64,000 nucleotides of DNA from Armatimonadota bacterium (GTDB lineage Bacteria > Armatimonadota > UBA5829 > DTJY01), in NCBI GenBank assembly GCA_023511795.1, contig JAIMAU010000001.1, positions 138,384 to 202,383 on the forward strand. The letters run 5' to 3'. Position numbers and translations under genes: made by a program. Below, one piece after another: positions 41,490 through 50,518 of the stretch. The notes beneath the pieces were generated by a model. That model was not told the DNA's origin, did no database searches, and was given only the letters and a program-made list of their open reading frames with translations. Positions within the stretch are counted from its first letter, which is position 1. Every line of letters begins with the position of its first letter.

Positions 41490-41912
41490 TTACTTTTCTT
41501 CTTTAGAATGAATGCCAGGAGCTCCGACGGCCAACACCAGTTCTTGAAGAAGCCCTTTGTCTGCCGCCATGTTTACCAGTTCATCGGTAACTTCTGATCC
41601 AGCCTTCGCAATCAAATTGCCCTGCCAATCAAAAACATCGCGTCCTACAATCTTGCCTCTAACAAACGCCTCCATTTGCTCTTCAAGGTTCATGCCCGGT
41701 TGAATCTCGGGCGGACCAAGGGCAACTTCTGCGGCAACTGCTGAAAGCATTAGTTCATGTAGCTTGCCTTTCTTTTTGGCTTCTTCAATTATATCATCGG
41801 TGATTATTTCTCCTTCGGTAACAATTACATTTCCCTCATCATCAAGGACGTCGTGGCCAGCTAATCTGCCGCGGGAATATTCAATTTCTCTTTGTTCATA
41901 AAATTCCTTCAT
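41490..41912 (-). CDS. Small acidic protein with two copies of the same repeat
   Basis: GRLAGHDVLDDEGNVIVTEGEIITDD / GKIVGRDVFDWQGNLIAKAGSEVTDE. Confidence 0.8.
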   Translation of the reverse strand: MKEFYEQREIEYSRGRLAGHDVLDDEGNVIVTEGEIITDDIIEEAKKKGKLHELMLSAVAAEVALGPPEIQPGMNLEEQMEAFVRGKIVGRDVFDWQGNLIAKAGSEVTDELVNMAADKGLLQELVLAVGAPGIHSKEEK

Positions 41913-41964
41913 TTTGCATCCCCGCTTCTAGAAATTGAATGGATTTATAATCCTTAGTTGGTTA

Positions 41965-41990
41965 TTTCCCTTGAATCCTTTATTGTAAAC
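41965..41990 (-). promoter_or_regulatory. SigB/SigF-type promoter
   Basis: GTTTAC-N14-GGGAAA about 53 nt upstream of the start at 41912. Confidence 0.6.
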
Positions 41991-42056
41991 TAGGGTTGGT
42001 TTGGACGAAGTGGAAATCAAGTTTACATTGATATCGCCCACCTGTGTGAAAAGCTG

Positions 42057-42086
42057 TTGACAAGCCGCAAGGCGATGTGGTAAAAT
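42057..42086 (+). promoter_or_regulatory. Sigma70-type promoter of the tRNA cluster
   Basis: TTGACA-N18-TAAAAT with extended TG. Confidence 0.65.
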
Positions 42087-42099
42087 TAGTCTACCACGC

Positions 42100-42185
42100 G
42101 GGGACGTGGCGGAATGGCAGACGCGCTTGGTTGAGGGCCAAGTGAGCATTAGCTCGTGAGAGTTCAACTCTCTCCGTCCCCACCA
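42100..42185 (+). tRNA. tRNA-Leu(GAG)
   Basis: Acceptor GGGGACG/CGTCCCC-A-CCA; anticodon arm CTTGG-TTGAGGG-CCAAG; long variable arm. Confidence 0.96.
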
Positions 42186-42231
42186 TTTCAAGGCGCAAGC
42201 GAATATTAATATTCATTTGCCAATTTTCATT

Positions 42232-42306
42232 GGGCGATTGGCTCAGGGGGAGAGCGCTTCCTTCACACGGAAGAGGTCGTTGGTTCAAATCCAACATCGC
42301 CCACCA
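42232..42306 (+). tRNA. tRNA-Val(CAC)
   Basis: GGGCGAT/ATCGCCC-A-CCA; CTTCC-TTCACAC-GGAAG. Confidence 0.96.
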
Positions 42307-42310
42307 CGAT

Positions 42311-42385
42311 GCGGGAGTAGTTCAGTGGTAGAGCACCTGCTTCCCAAGCAGGTTGTCGCGGGTTCGAATCCCGTCTCCCGCTCCA
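42311..42385 (+). tRNA. tRNA-Gly(CCC)
   Basis: GCGGGAG/CTCCCGC-T-CCA; CCTGC-TTCCCAA-GCAGG. Confidence 0.96.
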
Positions 42386-42394
42386 ATAAGATGA

Positions 42395-42469
42395 GGCGAC
42401 GTACCCAAGGGGTAAGGGAGAGGTCTGCAAAACCTTTATTCGCCGGTTCGAGTCCGGCCGTCGCCTCCA
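42395..42469 (+). tRNA. tRNA-Cys(GCA)
   Basis: GGCGACG/CGTCGCC-T-CCA; GAGGT-CTGCAAA-ACCTT. Confidence 0.96.
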
Positions 42470-42481
42470 TTTTTATACTAC

Positions 42482-43861
42482 CTATACCTCTTTTTCTGAC
42501 CAATTAGTCCATTTGAAGATTCCAAGTACCGCCAATCCCGAGAAAACTGTTGAAGATGACATTGCTACCCATGCTCCAAATGCGCCAAAATCAAGCGTTA
42601 TGGCGAGAAGATAGGTCAAAGGAAGTCTTATTATCCAAAGCGTGAGGATTGTTGCCAGCGTTGGGAGGCGAGTTTCGCCTGCTCCTTGGAGTGCGCCCGT
42701 GAGTATCATCCCAAGTGCAAGAAAAGGTTCGGAAAGTCCGTTAACCCAAAGATAAGATGCCGCAAGTGGTAGCACGCGTATGTCGTTTGTAAAAAGATCG
42801 GCTATCTGGTGTGAGAAGAAAACAAATAGTAAGCCAATCCCACCCATTATCCATATCCCCTGCCATGTAGCCGCCCATGCGCCCTTCTCTGCTCGTTCGG
42901 GCTGGCGCGCCCCCAGATTCTGACCGACCATTGATGCGGCGGCGACGCTAAATGCGAAGCCAGGCATGAATGCAAGTGCTTCGGTTCGCAATCCTATGGT
43001 CAATGCGGCAAGTGCGTTTTCTCCGTCAATACTTCGCCTCAGTATGCCAAAATATGTCATTGATGCTCCCGTTCTAAGGAGTGCTTGCACCGCAGCTGGA
43101 TAACCAATGTTGAGAATTCGGGCGAACCAATTCCATGAGGGTTTCCATGAGCCTTTTAGAACATTTGGAATGTGTGTTTTAGGAAGATATGCTAGCAGCA
43201 TGGCTGTTGATACAGCTCGAGAAGTGACGACTGCAATGGCGGCTCCTGCTATACCGAGCTTTGGGAAAGGCCCAATTCCAAATATTAATATGTAGTCTCC
43301 AACAACATTGATTACCGTAGCAACCGTCGTGGCAATAAGTGGGGTACGGACATCCCCAAGACCTCGGTAAACGCCCGTAACAATAACCGTTAGGAAAGAG
43401 AATGCATTGCCGGCAAGGAGAATGTCTAAGTAAATAACCCCAAGCCTAACGCCTTCGCCCTTCTCAGCCATCAACTCTATTAAGGAGGGCCCAAAAGCAT
43501 ATAGCAGGATTCCTGAGATTGTCGCTGAAATGATCGCAAGCAGAATAGATTGTTTCGTAACTTCTTCGGCGCTTTGATTATCCTCCGCGCCAACGAACCT
43601 CGCCACTAGAGCTGTACTGCCAACTCCAACCGCTGCGCTGAATGCCATGAGCACTAGCAAAACTTGATTTGCAACTCCAAGCCCTGCAAGCGTAGCGGCG
43701 CCCAGCCTACCCAAAAATAGTGCGTCAATTAAGCCATATCCTGTTTGGAGTATCATTGTGATGATGGAGGGCCAAGCTAACCACCAGACAGTCGTTGCTA
43801 TGTGGCCATTTACTATACGCCGGCGTGTCTCATTTTTGCTTTCAGGGGAAATTTGGTCCAA
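42482..43861 (-). CDS. MATE family efflux transporter
   Basis: LAWPSI, DALFLGRLG, RGLGDVRTP, MVGQNLGA, GAGETRLP; about 12 TM. Confidence 0.93.
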   Translation of the reverse strand: MDQISPESKNETRRRIVNGHIATTVWWLAWPSIITMILQTGYGLIDALFLGRLGAATLAGLGVANQVLLVLMAFSAAVGVGSTALVARFVGAEDNQSAEEVTKQSILLAIISATISGILLYAFGPSLIELMAEKGEGVRLGVIYLDILLAGNAFSFLTVIVTGVYRGLGDVRTPLIATTVATVINVVGDYILIFGIGPFPKLGIAGAAIAVVTSRAVSTAMLLAYLPKTHIPNVLKGSWKPSWNWFARILNIGYPAAVQALLRTGASMTYFGILRRSIDGENALAALTIGLRTEALAFMPGFAFSVAAASMVGQNLGARQPERAEKGAWAATWQGIWIMGGIGLLFVFFSHQIADLFTNDIRVLPLAASYLWVNGLSEPFLALGMILTGALQGAGETRLPTLATILTLWIIRLPLTYLLAITLDFGAFGAWVAMSSSTVFSGLAVLGIFKWTNWSEKEV

Positions 43862-43866
43862 TGTTA

Positions 43867-44325
43867 TTATGCCTTCTTTGCTGACTTAATGACGCCGAAG
43901 ACGAACTTGCCGATGCCGTAAAGCCCAACGGCCGCAAGAGCTGAAAGCTTTGCAATTCGTTTCATTATTCGAGCGCTTGAGCGCTGGACTATGCTCAGGT
44001 CATCCTCAATGTCGCGGATAGATAAGCTTGCTTGCGCAAGATAATTGGAACCTTTATCGGCAGGCATCGACCGAATTATCCACCGAACAGTAAACAGAAC
44101 AATTGCAAGGTCATCAAGCTGTCCGATTACTGGTATGACTCCGGGGATTGCATCAACAGGACTAACTGAATATCCAATCGCCGCCATTAGCGCTGCTCTT
44201 TGCCTGCCGGAAATTTCAGGGTCTTTGAGAAGAAGCCATACAAGCTTTGCATACTTCGGTAGGCGTGCAACGACTGCCCCGATTTCACCTGTCGTGCTAG
44301 TCTTTCTTACATTTGCAGAGGTCAT
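43867..44325 (-). CDS. DUF1232/YkvA-family membrane protein
   Basis: YSVSPVDAIPGVIPVIGQLDD. Confidence 0.9.
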   Translation of the reverse strand: MTSANVRKTSTTGEIGAVVARLPKYAKLVWLLLKDPEISGRQRAALMAAIGYSVSPVDAIPGVIPVIGQLDDLAIVLFTVRWIIRSMPADKGSNYLAQASLSIRDIEDDLSIVQRSSARIMKRIAKLSALAAVGLYGIGKFVFGVIKSAKKA

Positions 44326-44359
44326 TCTAATGAAATTCTAAATTGCCAAACTATTGGTG

Positions 44360-45469
44360 TCAAGAAAAGTGGTATGGGAAAACAATCTCCTTAATCAGCT
44401 GTACAATTTCCTGCGTGGCTTCAAAGGTTATGCGGCGACGTTCATCAGTAGTTATCGGAAGTTCCACATCATGAAGGCGATGAATATTGTGGCGGCTAGC
44501 AAAGTTTGCAGGTATTACATCGGATATCTCCACTTCAAGCAAGCGAGCGTAGGCGAGAGTCCATAATCTTGCAACAGTAGAGATATTGTAACCTCCTCCA
44601 CCCAGGGCTACTAATGGCCTTTCAAAACTGATTATTGTCTTTACTAATTCGTCAAAGCCCTTGGACGTTAGTTCCAAATGTGCAAGAGGATCTTGAAAAT
44701 GTGAATCAACTCCTAGCTGAGCAACTATTACTTGCGGGTCGTAAGCTTTGATTAATGGCGGCACTATTTCTTTGAATGCCCAAACCATCACATCCGATGG
44801 TGTGTACGGTTCAAGAGGAATATTTACAGAGTAACCTTTTCCTTTACCTGTTCCAATCTCATTCACAAAGCCAGTGCCTGGGAAGAGATATCTGCCACTT
44901 TCATGCATGCTGATGGTGAGTACTGTGTTTGTATCGTAAAAAATGTGTTGAACACCATCACCATGATGAGCATCGATATCGATGTAAGCAATCCGGCTGA
45001 ACTTTTTCTGGAGTCGTCGTATTGCAATCGCTGGGTCGTTGAATATGCAGAATCCACTTGCTCGATTTGTCATCGCATGGTGTAGCCCGCCAGAGATGTT
45101 GAAACATCTCTCAAATTGGCCTTCCATAATTAGTTCTGCGGCTTTGATCGAAGCTCCTGTGTAAAGTAGTGAAGCTTCATACATGCCCAGGAAAGGCTTG
45201 TTGTCTCCATAGTCGAAACCATAGCGCCAAGGGTCTGAGATATCCTTTCCTTCACTAAGTTTGCGAACTGCAGCTATATAATCGGGTTTGTGGACTGTCA
45301 GAATATCTGCTTCCGTTGCTAATTCGGGTGCAATTAGCTGCCCTTGCGCTATCAGACCATAAGCCGAGATTAGCTCTTTCGTTAAGCGCAGGCGTTCTGG
45401 GCGGAGAGGATGATCTACTCCCATGTCGTATTTGGTCATTTCATCGCAATACACAAAGCAAGCTTTCAT
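44360..45469 (-). CDS. acuC: AcuC-type histone-deacetylase-family protein deacetylase
   Basis: HPLRPER, GGLHHA, SGFC, DIDAHHGDG, GGGGY; alternative start at 45484. Confidence 0.88.
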   Translation of the reverse strand: MKACFVYCDEMTKYDMGVDHPLRPERLRLTKELISAYGLIAQGQLIAPELATEADILTVHKPDYIAAVRKLSEGKDISDPWRYGFDYGDNKPFLGMYEASLLYTGASIKAAELIMEGQFERCFNISGGLHHAMTNRASGFCIFNDPAIAIRRLQKKFSRIAYIDIDAHHGDGVQHIFYDTNTVLTISMHESGRYLFPGTGFVNEIGTGKGKGYSVNIPLEPYTPSDVMVWAFKEIVPPLIKAYDPQVIVAQLGVDSHFQDPLAHLELTSKGFDELVKTIISFERPLVALGGGGYNISTVARLWTLAYARLLEVEISDVIPANFASRHNIHRLHDVELPITTDERRRITFEATQEIVQLIKEIVFPYHFS

Positions 45470-45644
45470 ACCATCGGCACCCATGCGACAAGAAAATTCA
45501 AAGGCGTTTCGGAACGTTGTTCTTATGTTTTCTAATCTGAAATTACCCTTATTTTACCGAAAGTCCTTCGAACAGTACTGCCACCAAGCGGCTTGTTATG
45601 TTATAATTATGCGTCACGGCAATGCGTGGAGGTTAATTAGTTTT

Positions 45645-46430
45645 ATGGGAAAAGAAGAAATTCTTCAACAGCTTGTCAGTATGTCGAACCGCCTGGGAGA
45701 GGAATGGCGTGAGCTCGTTATCTTGGGTGAAGGGAATACATCTGCAAGAATTTGTGACCAAACGTTTTTTGTGAAGGCAAGTGGAACAAATCTTAGAACT
45801 ATAACAGCTGAAGGATTCGTTGAGGTAAAATTTGAGCCGGTCCTCGAGATGCTTGAGAGCCGAGAGCTCAGCGATGATGAGATTAAAGAGCGGTTGGCAG
45901 CGGCAAAAGTCAATCGGAATTATAAGTTAGCGCCATCCGTTGAAACCGTTTTTCATGCATATCTTCTAAGCATACCGGGTGTGAATTTCGTGGGCCACAC
46001 TCATCCAGTGTCAGTAAATGGGATACTATGTTCGAAAAACTGGCGTGAGGTGCTCCAGGGTCGCCTTTTCCCCGACGAGATTGTTTGTTGTGGCATTGCT
46101 CCTGTGTTTATACCATACACCGACCCAGGCGTAGCTCTTGCTAGGAAAATTAGAGAAGTAGTCCAAGAATATGTATCCCGGATAGGCGAGCGGCCCAAAG
46201 CAATTCTTATGCAAAACCATGGCCTTATAGCACTCGGGACAACTCCGAAAGAAGTTGAAAGCGTCACGATGATGTGGGATAAGACTGCCAAAATACTGGC
46301 GCGAACATATCATTTTGGTGGTCCAAGCTACCTAACGCCTGAGCAAGTAAATCGCCTTGCTACTCGCCCTGATGAAGAGCAGCGGAAACGGCTTATCAAA
46401 GGCTTACCTTTAACAACGGAGGAAAATTGA
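45645..46430 (+). CDS. Class II aldolase/adducin-family protein (rhamnulose-1-phosphate aldolase-like)
   Basis: GEGNTSAR, VKASG, PSVET..H, GHTHP, LMQNHG; RBS GGAGG before ATG 45645. Confidence 0.88.
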   Translation: MGKEEILQQLVSMSNRLGEEWRELVILGEGNTSARICDQTFFVKASGTNLRTITAEGFVEVKFEPVLEMLESRELSDDEIKERLAAAKVNRNYKLAPSVETVFHAYLLSIPGVNFVGHTHPVSVNGILCSKNWREVLQGRLFPDEIVCCGIAPVFIPYTDPGVALARKIREVVQEYVSRIGERPKAILMQNHGLIALGTTPKEVESVTMMWDKTAKILARTYHFGGPSYLTPEQVNRLATRPDEEQRKRLIKGLPLTTEEN

Positions 46431-48163
46431 TGAAAGATGTTTTGCAGGCGTACCGAAATGTGGACTACAGCCTGCCCGAAACGATTCTGACATGGCATCT
46501 GTATGGCGCTGGCTTGGAAAACTTTGGCAAGGACGGCAAGCCTGTTGAGTTGCCCATGCCAAAGTATGGACCTAATGAACTCCTTGTTCGCATTGACGCT
46601 GTTGGAATATGCTTTAGCGATGTCAAAGTTATAAACCAAGGGAACAAACATCCGCGCGTGACGGGCCGTGACTTGATCAAAAATCCAGTAACTCTAGGAC
46701 ATGAGGCATCCGTTACGGTAGTTGGTGTCGGCAAGAATCTTAAGGGGAAATTCAATGTCGGACAGAGATTTATCGTCCAGGCGGACGTCTTTTATAAGGG
46801 CAAAAGCATGGCGTTTGGTTATGTTCTACCTGGTGCGCAAACCCAGTATCAGGTAATTGGCAAGGAAATACTTGAAGGTGATGAGGGATGTTATCTACTG
46901 CCGGTCAAAGATTCTACCGGATATTCTGAAGCTGCTCTCACCGAACCTTGGGCATGTGTTGTGGCGGCGTATCGGATAACTCGCAGGCCGTCTATCAAGC
47001 CTGAGGGCAATCTTTGGATTATTGGCGCACCTGGCGACGACGACTATACGCTTGACCTTGATATCAAGTCAAAGCACGTTGTGGCGACTGACCTCGATTG
47101 GAGCTTGCTTGATGACTTAGAAATGTGGGCTGGGGCAGGGTGCTTTGAGTTGACCATTACCCCCACTTTTGACGAGCTTGATTTAGAAGAGCTGGCGACG
47201 AGATACGGCGGCTTTGACGATATTATCATCCTAGGCGCCGACGCAGGTGTTATCCAACATGCTGCTCCTCTCTTAGCTAAGCATGGGATAATGAACATAG
47301 TCGCGTCCGAGCCAATTGGCAGACCAGTTGAGATAGACATCGGCAAAATTCATTATGAATTTCAATCCTACGTGGGTACGGCTAGCACGCGAATTGGTGC
47401 AGGTTATGAGATGGTCCGCGTTCCGAGCGAATTGAAAGCCGGGGGAATTGCTTGGTACATTGGAGCAGGTGGTCCAATGGGTCAAATGCACGTCCAGCGT
47501 GCGGTTGAAATGAAAAACTGTCCTTCAAAAATACTCGCGACGGATATTGATACGACGCGCCTGAACAGCGTCAAAGACCGTGTCGCCGCCGCAGCAGCCG
47601 CCAAGGGAATTGAGTTTCTCGCGGTGAATCCGAATGATTCGGACAAGGAGCTGTTCGACAAGTTGTTATGGGAATTTACATGTGGCAGAGGGTTCGATGA
47701 TATAATCGTGCTTGCGCCTGTTGTCTCGCTTATCGAGGAAGCCATCCAATATCTTGCAGAAGAAGGGTTGATGAACATCTTTGCCGGATTTCCTGTTGGA
47801 ACGATTGCTAACATAGACTTGACGGGCGTCTATGAGAAGAAGCTCCGCCTTGTTGGAAGTAGCGGGTCGAGAATACGAGATATGCTTGATACTCTTAGCG
47901 AGGCAGAGTCTGGCAGTCTAGCAACGGATAAATCAGTCGCTGCCATTGGTGGAATCGAGGCATCGTGGGACGGAATGCTTGCTACAAAAGAAGGCCGATT
48001 CCCAGGCAAGATCATTATTTATCCTCAAATTCGGGGGCTTGGGCTAACTGCTGTGACTGACCTTAAAGATAAGTTGCCGAATGTCTACGCCAAGCTTACC
48101 GATGGAATGTTTTGGAATCGAGAAGCCGAAAAGGAGCTTCTGCGGACGATGCTAGAATTATAA
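46430..48163 (+). CDS. Zn-binding MDR dehydrogenase, sorbose-1-phosphate reductase (SorE)-like, with duplicated Rossmann domain
   Basis: GICFSD, LGHE, ALTEPWAC, IGAGGPMG; TGATG coupling with the aldolase gene. Confidence 0.75.
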   Translation: MKDVLQAYRNVDYSLPETILTWHLYGAGLENFGKDGKPVELPMPKYGPNELLVRIDAVGICFSDVKVINQGNKHPRVTGRDLIKNPVTLGHEASVTVVGVGKNLKGKFNVGQRFIVQADVFYKGKSMAFGYVLPGAQTQYQVIGKEILEGDEGCYLLPVKDSTGYSEAALTEPWACVVAAYRITRRPSIKPEGNLWIIGAPGDDDYTLDLDIKSKHVVATDLDWSLLDDLEMWAGAGCFELTITPTFDELDLEELATRYGGFDDIIILGADAGVIQHAAPLLAKHGIMNIVASEPIGRPVEIDIGKIHYEFQSYVGTASTRIGAGYEMVRVPSELKAGGIAWYIGAGGPMGQMHVQRAVEMKNCPSKILATDIDTTRLNSVKDRVAAAAAAKGIEFLAVNPNDSDKELFDKLLWEFTCGRGFDDIIVLAPVVSLIEEAIQYLAEEGLMNIFAGFPVGTIANIDLTGVYEKKLRLVGSSGSRIRDMLDTLSEAESGSLATDKSVAAIGGIEASWDGMLATKEGRFPGKIIIYPQIRGLGLTAVTDLKDKLPNVYAKLTDGMFWNREAEKELLRTMLEL

Positions 48164-48258
48164 TCTAGAAATGCTAGCTCTTGCAGTAAGCTTTCTTGCT
48201 AGACAAGATTCGATTTAAAAGTATTGGTTTACGTATTGCGAGGAGTGCAAGCGGAGGT

Positions 48259-49062
48259 ATGAATGGAGTAGTATGTAAGCATTTGCCGGGCAAAACGGCG
48301 ATTGTAACTGGCGCTGCGCAGGGCCTTGGTGAGGCGATTGCCAAGAGGCTTGCCGCGGAAGGCGCAGACGTTGTCGTTTCGGACATTAACTTTGAGAAAT
48401 TGGAGAAGGTAGCCAGGGCCATTGAGAAGGAATATGGCGTCCGTTCAATACCGGTGTTGGCTGATGTTACAAATGAACAGCAAGTTTTGGAAATGGTTCA
48501 AACTGCCGTCCGGGAGTTTGGCAGGCTTGACATCATGGTTGCCAATGCAGGAATTCTAATTGCCGGGTCGGTGGTCGAATTTCCAACCGAGCAGTGGCGT
48601 AAGGTTATCGATGTAAACCTCATCGGTTATTTCATATGTGCTCGTGAAGCTGCAAAAGTGATGATGGCACAGAAGAGCGGCGTCATTATCCAAATTAATT
48701 CGAAGTCTGGAAAAAAAGGGAGTTTCAGAAACTCTGCTTATGCGGCAAGCAAATTCGGTGGCATTGGTCTAACCCAAAGCTTGGCTCTTGAGATGGCGCC
48801 GTACAACGTCCGTGTTAATGCCGTATGCCCAGGGAATATCTTAGAAGGCACCCTCTGGCAGGAAAGCCTTTTTGAACAGTACTCCAAGACTCAGGGGCTA
48901 ACACCAGAGCAGGTAAGAGAAAAGTACCTAAGCCAGGTCCCGTTAGGTCGGCCATGCACTTATGAAGATGTAGCAAATGTTGTTGTCTTTCTAGCATCCG
49001 ACCAGTCGTCTTACATGACTGGCCAAGCGATTAATGTTACTGGTGGCCAGGAAATGCGCTAG
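48259..49062 (+). CDS. srlD: Sorbitol-6-phosphate 2-dehydrogenase-like SDR
   Basis: TGAAQGLG, IQINSKSGKKGS..NSAYAASKFGG, QSLALE, GQAINVTGG. Confidence 0.8.
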   Translation: MNGVVCKHLPGKTAIVTGAAQGLGEAIAKRLAAEGADVVVSDINFEKLEKVARAIEKEYGVRSIPVLADVTNEQQVLEMVQTAVREFGRLDIMVANAGILIAGSVVEFPTEQWRKVIDVNLIGYFICAREAAKVMMAQKSGVIIQINSKSGKKGSFRNSAYAASKFGGIGLTQSLALEMAPYNVRVNAVCPGNILEGTLWQESLFEQYSKTQGLTPEQVREKYLSQVPLGRPCTYEDVANVVVFLASDQSSYMTGQAINVTGGQEMR

Positions 49063-49066
49063 TTTT

Positions 49067-49366
49067 CTAGGAGAGATCCGGCTCTTGTACTACGGCTCGA
49101 GCGGCTTCGGGGTCAATGGCTTGGGCTTCTTCTGGAAAGGCAGTATGTACTTCTGTGATAATAGCTTGGTTGCGCAAAGGCTCTGGAATCATCTCCCTAG
49201 CAGCTTCTTCATTGCTAGCTTCCACAATAATCCAAGCTGCATGGTTTCCTGAGAAACAGCTCCAGTATACCTCATCAAGCAAATCAGTTGCTCTTGGTTC
49301 CAGTTTGTCTAGTGCCCTAATGCACTGGTCTGGTGTATGCATGAACTCTATCATGAATTGCGGCAT
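49067..49366 (-). CDS. Small ferredoxin-like-fold protein (DUF3303/GYD-like)
   Basis: MPQFMIEF.HTP...YW....G.H.AWIIVEA.NEEAAR..IP..LR..A.I.EV. Confidence 0.65.
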   Translation of the reverse strand: MPQFMIEFMHTPDQCIRALDKLEPRATDLLDEVYWSCFSGNHAAWIIVEASNEEAAREMIPEPLRNQAIITEVHTAFPEEAQAIDPEAARAVVQEPDLS

Positions 49367-49455
49367 CGTTTTCCACCTCTTGGAAAAACTTTTGTCTGGG
49401 CTTCGGCTCTATTTATTAGAATTTTATTTGGTTTTGATTAGAAACCAAATTGCCA

Positions 49456-49725
49456 TTAAGCTACCATCGCATGCAGACGTTCGATGTCGTAAATGTTATA
49501 CTTTCTTACCTCGGCAATTTGAGCCTCGTTACGTAGCACAATGGGAAGCATATCCCTCGCTTCTTGCTCATTATCTGCATCCACCATAAGCCAACCGGCG
49601 TATTCTCCATCCATATTGCCCCAGTAAGTTCTTCCCAACAGCTCGGGAGTTTTTTCTTTCATTTCATCCAACGTGTGCAAGAACATATCCGGCGTGTATG
49701 AGATTTTAATTAAAAACTGTGCCAT
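49456..49725 (-). CDS. Small protein, paralogue of the adjacent gene (DUF3303/GYD-like)
   Basis: MAQFLIKI.YTP...YW...G...GWLMVDADNEQEAR.MLP..LR..A.I.EV; GGAGG RBS. Confidence 0.65.
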   Translation of the reverse strand: MAQFLIKISYTPDMFLHTLDEMKEKTPELLGRTYWGNMDGEYAGWLMVDADNEQEARDMLPIVLRNEAQIAEVRKYNIYDIERLHAMVA

Positions 49726-49805
49726 TTTTTTCAGCCTCCATTTTCAAATTTTTCTCCGAAAATGCTCTGCTCCAAAACAATAGTTAGCGAATCTACAGCA
49801 CGAAC

Positions 49806-50489
49806 TTATATGATGTGCCTATCTATGAGCTCTAAAACACAACTTTTAGTGCAACTTGGCACATGGCATTCATTTGGCATTTCAAGCAGTTCGTTTTTCA
49901 GGCGGTACAGACTTTCTGGTTGTCGGACCACATACCAATTAGGCAGAAGGTACCACCGAAGCCCCAAACGGGCTGCATTTTCGATGGCATTTTGTATATT
50001 ATGCAATGCGGATGATTCTATGCCGCATACATGATTGTGGTTCGAGCATATAGAGCCGATTAGATAACATCCTCCGTCATCCGCCGGGCCTAGTACTATA
50101 TCTATCTCGCCTGATGCCAAGGCGTCGAACGCTAGCTCAAACGACCGCACAGGGAGTGTTGGGCTGTTAGTCCATGTGAAAATTATCCCTCTTTGTGGTT
50201 CGCACAGTCTTTCAAAGCAGTAGTGAATTTTCTGTTCAGTACTTTTGCCCTTTTGCCGCAAATATTGTTTGGAATCTAAGGCTACTTTTGATAGGATTGA
50301 GAGTGCGCTAGGCTGGTTGTAATAAATGACTATTTCTGCATCAGGGATGCTCGAAATTCTTTCCAGCGTGTCGCACGTGAAGCTTTCGTGTATTCGAGCA
50401 GCAGACTCGGCATCGAGTGGCGGGCAAAGTTTAGTTTGAACTTTGCCAGGGATTGGTGCATCTACTAAGACAGCAATTGTTCGTTTCAT
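49806..50489 (-). CDS. DUF2064/TIGR04282-like GT-A-fold protein
   Basis: P.PGKVQTKL.P, SPTLP, LGPADDGGCYLIG. Confidence 0.8.
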   Translation of the reverse strand: MKRTIAVLVDAPIPGKVQTKLCPPLDAESAARIHESFTCDTLERISSIPDAEIVIYYNQPSALSILSKVALDSKQYLRQKGKSTEQKIHYCFERLCEPQRGIIFTWTNSPTLPVRSFELAFDALASGEIDIVLGPADDGGCYLIGSICSNHNHVCGIESSALHNIQNAIENAARLGLRWYLLPNWYVVRQPESLYRLKNELLEMPNECHVPSCTKSCVLELIDRHII

Positions 50490-50518
50490 TTTTTCAACGC
50501 TTTTTCTGAATATTTGAA

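Noticed and set aside
41928..42507. Four short ORFs across the tRNA cluster
   Set aside because: They are translations of tRNA genes or their reverse complements
42395..43861. tRNA-Cys 3' end as an island integration site
   Set aside because: No integrase, no duplicated tRNA 3' fragment noticed, and ordinary flanking genes
45543..45568. GGGTAA upstream of acuC as a SigB-like -10 box
   Set aside because: No GTTT-like -35 at a 13-15 nt spacing
49753..49778. GTTTTG-N14-CGGAGA upstream of the small paralogue pair
   Set aside because: The -10 match is too weak to count
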